A model generated the notes under the pieces. The model searched no databases and had not been told where the DNA came from. It was given only the letters and a program-made list of their open reading frames with translations. This document shows positions 30,749 through 40,008 of a stretch of DNA of 64,000 nt, piece by piece; positions within the stretch are counted from its first letter, which is position 1, and every line of letters starts with the position of its first letter. Source of the DNA: Pseudomonadota bacterium. Lineage in GTDB: Bacteria > Pseudomonadota > Alphaproteobacteria > Rhodospirillales > Casp-alpha2. Both the position numbers and the translations under genes were made by a program. Location: the NCBI GenBank assembly GCA_036337015.1, contig JAYZEZ010000007.1:553413-617412 (forward strand), read 5' to 3'.

Positions 30749-32359
30749 ATGGATAAATTCAAATTTCACGCTAACAATGCAAAGGCATGGCCATTTGTTG
30801 AAGCACGCGACTTGATAAAGCGTCTTAAAGGCGAGACACCAGAAAAAGGGTTTGTTTTATTTGAAACTGGTTATGGTCCTTCTGGTCTTCCTCACATAGG
30901 TACTTTTGGGGAAGTTGCAAGAACATCTATGGTCCTGAAGGCCTTTTCTCTTTTGTCAGACATTCCTTCAAAGCTTCTTCCATTTTCTGACGATATGGAT
31001 GGACTTCGTAAAGTGCCAAGCAATTTACCAAACCAAAAAATGTTACAAGAACATTTAGGACAACCTTTGTCTGCAATTCCTGATCCTTTTGGCACCCATG
31101 AGAGCTTAGGCGCACATAATAATGCCAGGCTAATAGCATTTTTAGATAAATTTGGTTTTAAATATGAATTTTTAAGTTCAACCGATTGCTATAAGAGTGG
31201 AAAATTTGATGACACACTACTGAAAGTTCTCGAATGCTTTGAAGAGGTAAATAAAATTATTTTGCCTACTCTTGGTCTTGAAAGGCGCGAAACGTATAGC
31301 CCTTTTCTTCCAATTTGCCCAAAAACAGGTAGGGTTCTAGAAGTGCCTATAATTGAGAGAGACACAACCGCCGGCACCATCATTTATAAAGATGATAACG
31401 AAAGTATGGTCGAGGTGCCTGTAACTGGGGGTAGCTGTAAACTTCAATGGAAAGTTGATTGGGCCATGCGTTGGGTCGCCTTAGATGTAGATTACGAAAT
31501 GTCCGGAAAAGACCTTATAGATTCAGTTAAATTGTCAGGAAAAATATGTAAATTACTTAAAGGAAATCCTCCCGCCGGATTCACTTATGAACTCTTTCTT
31601 GATGAAAATGGCGAAAAAATTTCCAAATCCCGTGGTAATGGGTTGTCAATAGAAGAATGGCTAAGATATGCGCCAGCAGAAAGTCTATCACTTTTTATGT
31701 ATCAAAAACCTAAAACAGCAAAAAGACTATATTTTGATATTATCCCTAAAAATGTTGATGATCATATAAACCATTTATCTAGTCTTCATACCCAAGAACC
31801 TGCCAAACAACTTGAAAACCCAGCTTGGCATATTCATCAAGGAGTGCCGCCTATAAAAGAAGAAGCACACCTGAGTTTTAATATCATTTTAAACTTAGTT
31901 AGTGTATGCAACAGTAAGGACAAGAACCTGCTATGGCACTTTATTTCAAGATACAGACCTGATGCATCACCAAAGAGCGCGCCAACTTTAGATCAACTTC
32001 TTGATTTTGCAATCAATTACTATACCGATTTTGTTCTACCAGCTAAATCCTACCGCAAGGCAACTGACAATGAACGTATAGCTCTGGAAGACTTGCTGGA
32101 TTCTCTTCATGACTTAGACAAAAAAGTTGAAGCTGAAACGATTCAAACGAAAGTCTATGAAGTTGGAAAAAGACAGAAATTCCCCAACCTTAGAACATGG
32201 TTTCAAGCCCTATATGAAATTCTTCTCGGTCAATCTCAAGGCCCCAGAATGGGATCTTTCATTGCGCTCTATGGCGTGAAAGAGACCTGCGCTTTATTAA
32301 AACGTGTTATAGCCGGTGAAGACCTGAATTCTGAATATAAAATTGGCGGTAAAAATTAA
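30749..32359 (+). CDS. lysK: lysine-tRNA ligase, class I
   Basis: Class I signature HIGTFGE (HIGH-like) and KISKSRGN (KMSKS-like). 536 aa, the archaeal/alphaproteobacterial type. Confidence 0.92.
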   Translation: MDKFKFHANNAKAWPFVEARDLIKRLKGETPEKGFVLFETGYGPSGLPHIGTFGEVARTSMVLKAFSLLSDIPSKLLPFSDDMDGLRKVPSNLPNQKMLQEHLGQPLSAIPDPFGTHESLGAHNNARLIAFLDKFGFKYEFLSSTDCYKSGKFDDTLLKVLECFEEVNKIILPTLGLERRETYSPFLPICPKTGRVLEVPIIERDTTAGTIIYKDDNESMVEVPVTGGSCKLQWKVDWAMRWVALDVDYEMSGKDLIDSVKLSGKICKLLKGNPPAGFTYELFLDENGEKISKSRGNGLSIEEWLRYAPAESLSLFMYQKPKTAKRLYFDIIPKNVDDHINHLSSLHTQEPAKQLENPAWHIHQGVPPIKEEAHLSFNIILNLVSVCNSKDKNLLWHFISRYRPDASPKSAPTLDQLLDFAINYYTDFVLPAKSYRKATDNERIALEDLLDSLHDLDKKVEAETIQTKVYEVGKRQKFPNLRTWFQALYEILLGQSQGPRMGSFIALYGVKETCALLKRVIAGEDLNSEYKIGGKN

Positions 32360-32375
32360 TAAAATATTTTATATA

Positions 32376-34532
32376 CTACTTAGAAGATAAGTTCCGTGTT
32401 TCTATAATATCAATTATTTCGCCCGCAGCTTTTGGAATATTAGTGCCTGGCCCATAGACAGCAACTACGCCGTGACCAATTAGAAAATCGTGATCTTGAG
32501 GTGGAATTACCCCTCCACAAGTGACTAAAATATCCTCCGCTTTACCCTTTTTTAAATTTTCAATCAACTGTGGCACCAGTGTCTTGTGGCCTGCCGCCTG
32601 AGACGATACCCCAATCACATGAACATCATTTTCAATTGCTTCGCGAGCTGCTTCTTCAGGAGTTTGAAACATTGGGCCTAAATCTACCTCAAATCCCAGA
32701 TCCGCAAAAGCCGACGCTATTATTCGAGCGCCTCGATCATGACCATCCTGACCTAATTTTACAACTAACATACGTGGGCGCCGCCCTTCTATCTTACTAA
32801 AGGATTCAACTTTAGTACGTATTTTACAAAAACCCTCATCACCTTCATAAGCAGCGCCATAAATTCCAGTTATTGGTTTTACCTGTGAGTGGTAGCGTGT
32901 AAAAACTTCCTCAAGAGAATTTGAAATTTCTCCCACTGTTGCACGAGCTCGAACAGCTCTAATTGAGAGTTCTAATAGATTTTTATTTCCTTGTTCTGCT
33001 GCTTGTCGTAAATTTTCTAGAGCTCTAGTACAAGCGTTTGAATCACGACTCTCTCTGATTGAGTTCAGTCGCTTTATTTGATTTTTACGAACTGCAGAAT
33101 TATCTATTTCCAGTAAATTCACATCTGGATCTTGTTTTGATCTATGCTTATTCACTCCAACAACAATTTCTTCTTTTCTATCAATTCTAGCCTGCTTGCG
33201 TGCCGCACTTTCTTCTATAAGTTGCTTAGGAATACCAACCGATACAGCCTTTGTCATACCCCCTAAATTTTCAACTTCTTTAATTAATTTTCGTGCCTCA
33301 TTTGCAACCGAGTTTGTTAAGCTCTCTAAATAATAGCTTCCGCCCAAAGGATCTATAACGTTAGCGATTCCGGTTTCCTCAGCAATTACCAATTGAGTGT
33401 TTCGCGCTATACGAGCCGATTCTGGTGTTGGCAAAGCCAAGGCCTCATCAAAGGCATTAGTGTGAAGACTTTGAGTTCCACCAAGTATGGCAGCCAAGCC
33501 TTCAATAGTAGTTCTAATTATATTGTTATATGGATCTGATGCAGCTAGAGAAGCCCCAGAAGTCTGACAATGCGTTCGAAGCATTGAAGATCGCTCTTCC
33601 TTAGGGTTAAACGGGGCCATCAACTCAACCCATAAAAGTCGAGCTGCACGCAATTTGGCAATTTCCATGAAAAAATTCATTCCAATATTAAAGAAAAAGC
33701 TTAAGCGGGGAGCGAAAGTATCTATGTCAAGTCCTTTAACCTTAGCGGCACGAACATATTCCAAACCATTTGCTAGAGTAAATGCAAGTTCTTGGACAAT
33801 TGTGGCTCCTGCCTCTTGCATATGATAGCCAGAGATAGAAATTGAATTGAATTTTGGCATTTTTATTGAGGTATATTCTATAATCTCGGAAACAATTCGC
33901 ATGCTGGGCTCCGGAGGATAAATATAGGTATTACGAACCATAAATTCCTTTAAAATATCATTCTGAATAGTGCCCGTAAGTTTATCTTGAGTTACACCTT
34001 GTTCTTCTGCAGCCACAATAAAACTAGCCAAAACCGGAAGAACTGCACCATTCATAGTCATTGAAACACTCATCTTATCAAGCGGAATATCTTTGAATAA
34101 GATTTTCATATCTTCTACAGAATCTATAGCTACTCCTGCCTTTCCAACATCACCTATGACACGAGGATGATCGGAATCAAATCCGCGATGCGTGGCTAAA
34201 TCAAAAGCTACAGACAGACCTTTTTGCCCAGCAGCTAAATTATTACGGAAAAACTTGTTAGATTCCTCGGCTGTCGAAAATCCAGCATATTGCCTAACGG
34301 TCCAGAGTCGACCTGGATACATGCTTGCTCGAGGCCCTCTAATAAATGGAAAAAATCCAGGAAGCGTATTTAATGTTTCAATACCTTCCAAATCCTCTGC
34401 TGTATATAAAGCTTTAACCTTTATTCCTTCAGGGGTATGCCAAGCTAAATCATCAGCAGAACAACCATTAAGTTCCTCTTCAACGCGAGCATTCCAAGCC
34501 TCAAATACAGCTTCATCATTTTTTTTAGTCAT
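32376..34532 (-). CDS. scpA: methylmalonyl-CoA mutase (single-chain, with B12-binding domain)
   Basis: Mutase barrel plus the C-terminal cobalamin-binding motif GQDGHDRGA (DxHxxG). ATG at 34532 (GAGAGG Shine-Dalgarno) is preferred over TTG at 34544. Confidence 0.93.
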   Translation of the reverse strand: MTKKNDEAVFEAWNARVEEELNGCSADDLAWHTPEGIKVKALYTAEDLEGIETLNTLPGFFPFIRGPRASMYPGRLWTVRQYAGFSTAEESNKFFRNNLAAGQKGLSVAFDLATHRGFDSDHPRVIGDVGKAGVAIDSVEDMKILFKDIPLDKMSVSMTMNGAVLPVLASFIVAAEEQGVTQDKLTGTIQNDILKEFMVRNTYIYPPEPSMRIVSEIIEYTSIKMPKFNSISISGYHMQEAGATIVQELAFTLANGLEYVRAAKVKGLDIDTFAPRLSFFFNIGMNFFMEIAKLRAARLLWVELMAPFNPKEERSSMLRTHCQTSGASLAASDPYNNIIRTTIEGLAAILGGTQSLHTNAFDEALALPTPESARIARNTQLVIAEETGIANVIDPLGGSYYLESLTNSVANEARKLIKEVENLGGMTKAVSVGIPKQLIEESAARKQARIDRKEEIVVGVNKHRSKQDPDVNLLEIDNSAVRKNQIKRLNSIRESRDSNACTRALENLRQAAEQGNKNLLELSIRAVRARATVGEISNSLEEVFTRYHSQVKPITGIYGAAYEGDEGFCKIRTKVESFSKIEGRRPRMLVVKLGQDGHDRGARIIASAFADLGFEVDLGPMFQTPEEAAREAIENDVHVIGVSSQAAGHKTLVPQLIENLKKGKAEDILVTCGGVIPPQDHDFLIGHGVVAVYGPGTNIPKAAGEIIDIIETRNLSSK

Positions 34533-34812
34533 GAGGCCTCTCAAAGAACAATGATTTAGTTAGCAATTATAGGGGAAACTTTTCCTACAGCGACACACCA
34601 AATTTACAGTAGGGCCAAATAAAAATTTTAAAAGCAATCTTAAAAGTTAAAAAATAACTTATCCACACAATATATAGTGTATAATCTGTTCATTCCCTCA
34701 AAATATTGTTATAAATACTTTTAAATTTTTCAATGTTTATATAAAAATACGACTCGATAATTTTCTATAGGCAAAGATAAAAAAAGCCTGTTGATAAAAA
34801 ATGAGGAAGCAA

Positions 34813-35172
34813 ATGTCAGAAGAATGGACACCGACACGTGTAAGCATATTGATTGCACTTTGGAACGAGGGACTAACCACTAGCGCTATTGGAAAAAAAC
34901 TTGGTGTTACAAAAAATGCTGTTGTTGGCAAGGTGCATCGTTTAGGCCTGCCCTCAAGAGGCTCACCTATCCGCAAGAAGCCAGATCCTATTAAAGTAAT
35001 CAGTCTAAGGGATCTTCGTCCTGGTATGTGTTGTTGGCCTAACAGCGACCCAGATAAAGAGGATTTTCACTTTTGTGGTGATCCAACAGAACAAGATAAA
35101 CCATATTGCGCATATCATTGTGAAAGAGCATATGTAAAGAATAACCGAGACAAAAAATCTGCCGCAGCTTAA
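34813..35172 (+). CDS. gcrA: cell-cycle regulator GcrA (short form)
   Basis: WTPTRVSILIALWNEGLTTSAIGKKLGVTKNAVVGKVHRLGLPSR N-terminus and C-terminal CxW...FCG...YCxxHC pattern. ATG at 34813 has a GAGGA Shine-Dalgarno. Confidence 0.88.
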   Translation: MSEEWTPTRVSILIALWNEGLTTSAIGKKLGVTKNAVVGKVHRLGLPSRGSPIRKKPDPIKVISLRDLRPGMCCWPNSDPDKEDFHFCGDPTEQDKPYCAYHCERAYVKNNRDKKSAAA

Positions 35173-35414
35173 TTAAAAATTTACACATTCATTGAGTTAA
35201 AATGAACCTAAGATTACAGCTAATAAGCAGGTATTAGCTCTAGCTAGAATTTCAGCTCATTCACAACCTTTTCTTGTAAATTCTTTAAAAAACAAACCTT
35301 TCTTGTAAAAGTTTTTTCTGAAAATCAAATCAGAAAAATATAATTTCTTGAATTTAAAGATAACCTCTCTATTATATTGGAGTTTGGGCGTTCTAAAAGT
35401 GGATACAGAATTAA

Positions 35415-35945
35415 GTGTTTAAAAACTTTACACTTTCGTTTTTTTTAGCTTTTGCAACTTGCTGTGTTTTTCACACTGCAGCCAGAGCAGATGATCCTAG
35501 CTTCCTAACGTTAGGTGTTGGAGCCTTTGACTTTAACCGCGAAAAAGACGAAGGATTGGAATTTCGATTAGATTATCGATCCGATCATAAAATTTGGCAT
35601 TTTAAGCCATTCGCTACTGGCGCACTAGTAACAAATGGTATGACGTTTTTTGGTGCGGGACTTTTACTCGATGTTTATTTTGGTAAGCGTTACGTCATAA
35701 CGCCTAGTATTGCACCCACTTGGTGGCACGGCAAAACAGATGATTTAGATCTTGGTCATGGCCTAGAGTTTCGATCACAAATTGATTTTGCATACAGATT
35801 TGATGATCGTTCGCGTTTAGGTCTTGCCATTTCTCATTCTTCCAATGCTTCTCTTGGCGACACAAACCCTGGAACAGAAACATTAATGCTAAATTACTCA
35901 TACCCTTTTGGAAAAATACCTTTTGAAAAATTATTTGGTCGTTAA
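35415..35945 (+). CDS. acyloxyacyl hydrolase / lipid A 3-O-deacylase (PagL-like) outer-membrane protein
   Basis: Signal peptide, beta-barrel-like alternating pattern, and the catalytic His-Ser context ISHSSNASLG. Confidence 0.8.
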   Translation: MFKNFTLSFFLAFATCCVFHTAARADDPSFLTLGVGAFDFNREKDEGLEFRLDYRSDHKIWHFKPFATGALVTNGMTFFGAGLLLDVYFGKRYVITPSIAPTWWHGKTDDLDLGHGLEFRSQIDFAYRFDDRSRLGLAISHSSNASLGDTNPGTETLMLNYSYPFGKIPFEKLFGR

Positions 35946-36032
35946 TATTTGTGTCGTTTTGTGTTCATAATATAAATTTACCATTGATTGTTGCATAAAA
36001 TATAAAATGATGTTTTTGCCAACTGAAAATAT

Positions 36033-36109
36033 GGTCCCGTAGTTCAGTTGGATAGAACGCAAGATTCCTAATCTTGAGGTCACAGGTTCGAATCCTGTCG
36101 GGATCACCA
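36033..36109 (+). tRNA. tRNA-Arg (anticodon CCT)
   Basis: Folded by hand. Acceptor GGTCCCG/CGGGATC, D-stem GTTC/GAAC, anticodon stem CAAGA/TCTTG with loop TTCCTAA (CCT), T-arm ACAGG-TTCGAAT-CCTGT. Encoded CCA, 77 nt. Confidence 0.93.
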
Positions 36110-36193
36110 TCAACTGCCTTGAAAAATATCGTCCATTTCACCGTTTCCATACTATTATTTAAGCACAAAAAGTTCAGCAGCTTGTCTAAACAA

Positions 36194-36619
36194 ATGAAAC
36201 CATATTTTATCTCGCCTGTTAACAAACAGTCCCTTGTTGAAAGATTTCTTTGGACAAAAAATGATTGTACAATCTACGAAAATTGTCGTTGGAGTGATGG
36301 AGTCATATCGATTTTAGTTCCAACAAATGATCCAAACTTTAATCCACATGCCATAGTCAAGAATATTAGCAATGAATGGAACCAATATGATTGCGAGATG
36401 AAGGAAGGATTTGATGGTGAAGTAGAGTGGGATTATGGAAATTTATTTAAGCAACAAGAATGGGAACAACTCTTTACGAAGACAGGGTCTGACATTCGTG
36501 AAGAACTACAAAAACTTGGATGGAGGCAAACTGAGAGACATTTTTTTATTGAGGGAGAAATAGAGATTGAATCAGAGGAAACAATAAAAATACGAAATAA
36601 CTATAACCTAGAGTGGTAA
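36194..36619 (+). CDS. hypothetical protein (141 aa, acidic, Trp-rich)
   Basis: The first ATG that clears the tRNA gene is at 36194. No motif recognised and no clear Shine-Dalgarno. Confidence 0.5.
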   Translation: MKPYFISPVNKQSLVERFLWTKNDCTIYENCRWSDGVISILVPTNDPNFNPHAIVKNISNEWNQYDCEMKEGFDGEVEWDYGNLFKQQEWEQLFTKTGSDIREELQKLGWRQTERHFFIEGEIEIESEETIKIRNNYNLEW

Positions 36620-36761
36620 ACACACGAACTTCATTAACTATTAATTTTCTTTTCCTAATTCTGTTATAAAGTAAATTAATTTATCAAAACTTCCTGAAGG
36701 ACAGTAGAAAAATCTATTTTTTATATTTGTAAAATTACGAATTTAGGTGGAATATTAAAAA

Positions 36762-37727
36762 ATGATAGGTCCTTATGTATTTCTAAAACAAAAACACTTA
36801 TCTTTATGTAATATAATATCTATTTTAGTTTTATTTTTAAATCCACCTGTGCTTGCTGAAGGATTAAATCCAAAAATCTTAGAGTCTGTTGTAAGCATTT
36901 TACCAGAATGGCCAAGCGATAGACGGCGTAATAAAGAACCAGAGGCTTCTGCGGTTGCCATTTTCCCAGGAGGTTATTTAGCGACGAATGATCATGTCAT
37001 TAATCTGGCCAAATCAATAAGGGTTAGGCTAAATAACGGCCGCATTATTAAAGCTCAGATTATTGGAAGAGACTTTTTAACAGATCTAGCACTTTTAAAG
37101 ATTCCCAAAAATTTACCGATACTTCCTATCGGTAGTTATCCAACCATAGGTGAAAAAGTTTGCGCTATAGGTAATCAGTTTGGATTAGGTTTATCAGTAA
37201 CTTGTGGTGTTGCTTCTGCACTCCACCGCACTGGGACTGGTTTCAACCCAATAGAAGACTTCATTCAAACAGATGCGGTGGTTAACCCTGGCGGATCAGG
37301 TGGAGCACTAGTTGATAAAGAAGGAAACTTAGTTGGACTAATTTCAGCGATCTTCACAAAAGATAATGATGCTAACATTGGTGTAAATTTTGCTACATCT
37401 ACAAATTTAGTCTTGCGAGTTTTAAGGGAAATTAAAGAGAAAGGACGAGTTATTAGAGGCAACCCTGGTTTTAAGGTTCGAAACTTAACAATCAAAGAAC
37501 GACAAAAATTTGTTGGCGCATTAATAGCCCAAATTTCAAAAAATAGCCCTGCAAAAAAATCTGGTTTAAGGGAAGGCGATATTATAATTGGAATTAATAA
37601 AAGAAACATAATTCGTACTACTGATATCCCTAGCGCAATTCATATGGTACGTCTAAATGTTCCTATAACTATCCGATATATTCGAAATGGTATAAAAGAT
37701 ACAACTACACTAGTGTTGAAAAAGTAA
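36762..37727 (+). CDS. S1C (HtrA/DegP-like) serine protease with one PDZ domain
   Basis: Signal/TM N-terminus. Catalytic triad contexts TNDHV, TDLALLK and NPGGSGGALV. C-terminal PDZ-like region. Confidence 0.88.
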   Translation: MIGPYVFLKQKHLSLCNIISILVLFLNPPVLAEGLNPKILESVVSILPEWPSDRRRNKEPEASAVAIFPGGYLATNDHVINLAKSIRVRLNNGRIIKAQIIGRDFLTDLALLKIPKNLPILPIGSYPTIGEKVCAIGNQFGLGLSVTCGVASALHRTGTGFNPIEDFIQTDAVVNPGGSGGALVDKEGNLVGLISAIFTKDNDANIGVNFATSTNLVLRVLREIKEKGRVIRGNPGFKVRNLTIKERQKFVGALIAQISKNSPAKKSGLREGDIIIGINKRNIIRTTDIPSAIHMVRLNVPITIRYIRNGIKDTTTLVLKK

Positions 37728-37735
37728 AAGTAACA

Positions 37736-38944
37736 TTATTTAGCTATTACAATTTCGTCCTTGATCATTTCTTCTATAGCCTTTGCCTTATACCCATATT
37801 CTTCAAGTACCTCACGAGTATGTTCGCCAAAAATAGGCGCCCCTTCTTTTAAACGACAAGGTGTTTTAGAAAATTTTACCGGTACACCTATTGTTTTAAC
37901 CGACCCTACACTACTGTGATTGACTTTAACGACCATCTCTCGAGCCAATGTTTGAGGGTCATTTTGCATCTGATTTACATTAAGAACTGGCCCTGCTGGA
38001 ACCCCTGCATCTTCAAAACGCTTTAGCCATTCATCTGTAGAGCGTTCAATTATAATGGGACTCAGGGCTTTTTCTAATTCTTTAAGATTTTTCATTCGAT
38101 TCACGTTATCTTTAAACCTTGGATCCTCAGCAATTTTTTGAGCTTGAATAGCATTCAGAAAGATCAGCCAATTTCTTTGATTTGCAGCTCCTACCGTGAT
38201 CCATCCATCAGAAGTCTGAAATGCTTGATACGGACTATTAAGAGGGTGTGCCGACCCCATAGGTCCAGGAGCCTCCCCCGTAGCCAATCCAATAGCTGAT
38301 TGCCAATATGTGTGGATAATTCCAGCTTCAAAAAGTGATGTATCAATTTTTTGTCCCTCACCGGTTTTTAGCTTATGTGCATACGCAGCACTACAAGCCA
38401 TTGCACCTAGCAAACCAGCGGTTATGTCAGTTATTGGAGCACCCATTTTTACCGGCGGCCTTCCAGGAGCTTCTCCAGTAATGCTCATCAAACCACTCAT
38501 TCCTTGAGCAATTAAATCAAAGCCACCTCGTTCCGCATAGGGTCCAGTTCGTCCAAAGCCAGAAATAGCGCAATAAATAAGACCAGGATTAGCTTTTTTT
38601 AGACTATCATATCCCAGACCTAACTTATCCATAGTATCCATTCTATAATTTTCTATAACAACATCTGCAGTTTTAAGAAGATGTTTAATTATCTCCTTAC
38701 CTTTTGTTTTTTTTAAATTAACTGCAATTCCCCGTTTATTACGGTTCAACATCATAAAGGAAGCAGCTTCACCTTTGATATCAGGGGGTAAAAATCTTCT
38801 AGAATCATCACCTCCAGGAATTTTTTCTACTTTAATTACATCAGCCCCCATATCTGCTAACATCAGACCACAAGTGGGGCCTGCCATGATATGGGCAAGT
38901 TCAATAACTTTCATACCCCGAAGCGGGCCACTGCTATTTGACAC
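37736..38944 (-). CDS. family III CoA-transferase (CaiB/BaiF family)
   Basis: GPLRGMKVIELAHIMAGPTCG N-terminal signature. GTG at 38944 sits 1 nt after the upstream gene's stop and is preferred over the ORF-track start at 39028, which overlaps that gene. Confidence 0.88.
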   Translation of the reverse strand: MSNSSGPLRGMKVIELAHIMAGPTCGLMLADMGADVIKVEKIPGGDDSRRFLPPDIKGEAASFMMLNRNKRGIAVNLKKTKGKEIIKHLLKTADVVIENYRMDTMDKLGLGYDSLKKANPGLIYCAISGFGRTGPYAERGGFDLIAQGMSGLMSITGEAPGRPPVKMGAPITDITAGLLGAMACSAAYAHKLKTGEGQKIDTSLFEAGIIHTYWQSAIGLATGEAPGPMGSAHPLNSPYQAFQTSDGWITVGAANQRNWLIFLNAIQAQKIAEDPRFKDNVNRMKNLKELEKALSPIIIERSTDEWLKRFEDAGVPAGPVLNVNQMQNDPQTLAREMVVKVNHSSVGSVKTIGVPVKFSKTPCRLKEGAPIFGEHTREVLEEYGYKAKAIEEMIKDEIVIAK

Positions 38945-38945
38945 T

Positions 38946-39725
38946 TTAACGCCCCTTAAACTTCGGTTTTTTCTTTTCAAGAAATGCCTGATATCCAATT
39001 TTAAAGTCTTCAGTATCATAGCAAGCATAAGCTTCTTTTATTTCATCTTTGCTTGGTGGTGTAGAGTCAGTCATGCGGTCAAGAAACTTCCGGTGCCAAC
39101 GATGTACTAATGGTGCACCATCAGCAATTCTTCTAGCAGCAGCTTCCGATTCAACCTCAACATCATTGTCGGGCACAACGCGACTGACAATGCCTTTCTG
39201 CAAAGCCTCATGAGAATCTAATATGCGGCCTTCAAGTAGGATCTCATGGGCGCACTGATGTCCGACAAGATCTTTCAGTGCGGCTAGTTCTTGGTACCCC
39301 ATAACCAAACCTAACTTGCTTATGGGCGCACCAAACCTACTTGATTCTCCACATATTCTGATTTCACAAAGTCCTGCAATTTCTAAACCTCCACCAACAC
39401 ATATTCCCTTTATCATAGCCACTTTTGGAATTAAACATGATCGAATCGCTCTTATCGTCTTATCCATTATCTTGCCATATGATTCTGCTTGTATCGAATT
39501 AGACCTCTCAGATGCAAATTCTGAAATATCGTTGCCTGGACAAAAAGCTCTATCGCCAGCACCACGGAGAATAATACAACGTATGTTCGTTTCCTTTGAC
39601 AATTCATCTATAACAAAACCAAGCCGTGACCACATATCTTTTGTAAAGGCGTTCAGCTTATCCGGCCTATTAAATGTCACGGTTGCAATTTCACCATCGC
39701 TATCTTTAAGAATATGATCCATCAT
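38946..39725 (-). CDS. enoyl-CoA hydratase/isomerase (crotonase) family protein
   Basis: Crotonase fold motifs FNRPDKLNAF, ILRGAGDRAFCPGNDI and ICVGGGLEIAGLCE. Confidence 0.9.
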   Translation of the reverse strand: MMDHILKDSDGEIATVTFNRPDKLNAFTKDMWSRLGFVIDELSKETNIRCIILRGAGDRAFCPGNDISEFASERSNSIQAESYGKIMDKTIRAIRSCLIPKVAMIKGICVGGGLEIAGLCEIRICGESSRFGAPISKLGLVMGYQELAALKDLVGHQCAHEILLEGRILDSHEALQKGIVSRVVPDNDVEVESEAAARRIADGAPLVHRWHRKFLDRMTDSTPPSKDEIKEAYACYDTEDFKIGYQAFLEKKKPKFKGR

Positions 39726-39786
39726 ATTTTTAATATTGCGACACCATGGCCCACCGTCAAGGTAAGAAGATAAAATTATATAATGC

Positions 39787-39826
39787 TAGTTTAGCATAAA
39801 AATGAATTCATTTTTATGCTAAACTA
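39787..39826. repeat. perfect 40-bp palindrome (20-nt arms, centre GAATTC) in a divergent promoter region
   Basis: TAGTTTAGCATAAAAATGAA|TTCATTTTTATGCTAAACTA has arms that are exact reverse complements. A third copy of the ATGCTA/TAGCAT hexamer lies at 39783-39788. Confidence 0.9.
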
Positions 39827-40008
39827 AAATTAAAAGGTGTGATTTAAAAAAATATTTCATTAAATGATTGAATAATATGTCTTTTTTATGTAAGTACAAA
39901 TATTTTTACAGGTGTTCAAGTTGCTATAAACAGGGCATTTTTGCATTCATTATTTTTTTATTAAATTATAAAGGCATTATAAATAATTTTAGTTAGAAGA
40001 TTTACCAG

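Noticed and set aside
34621-34660. CtrA-box-like TTAA repeats upstream of gcrA
   Set aside because: The TTAA pairs are spaced by 8 nt and 3 nt, not the TTAA-N7-TTAA of the CtrA consensus. The AT-rich background makes TTAA frequent.
35931-36225. ORFs overlapping the tRNA-Arg gene (minus strand 35931-36113 and 35965-36225; N-terminal part of plus-strand 36074-36619)
   Set aside because: They read through a well-folded tRNA gene. Only the part of the plus-strand ORF downstream of the tRNA, from ATG 36194, is kept, at low confidence.
36033-37727. Possible genomic island integrated at tRNA-Arg
   Set aside because: No integrase, no phage or IS genes, and I could not find a direct repeat of the tRNA 3' end downstream. 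The following genes (HtrA-like protease, CoA enzymes) look like ordinary chromosomal genes.
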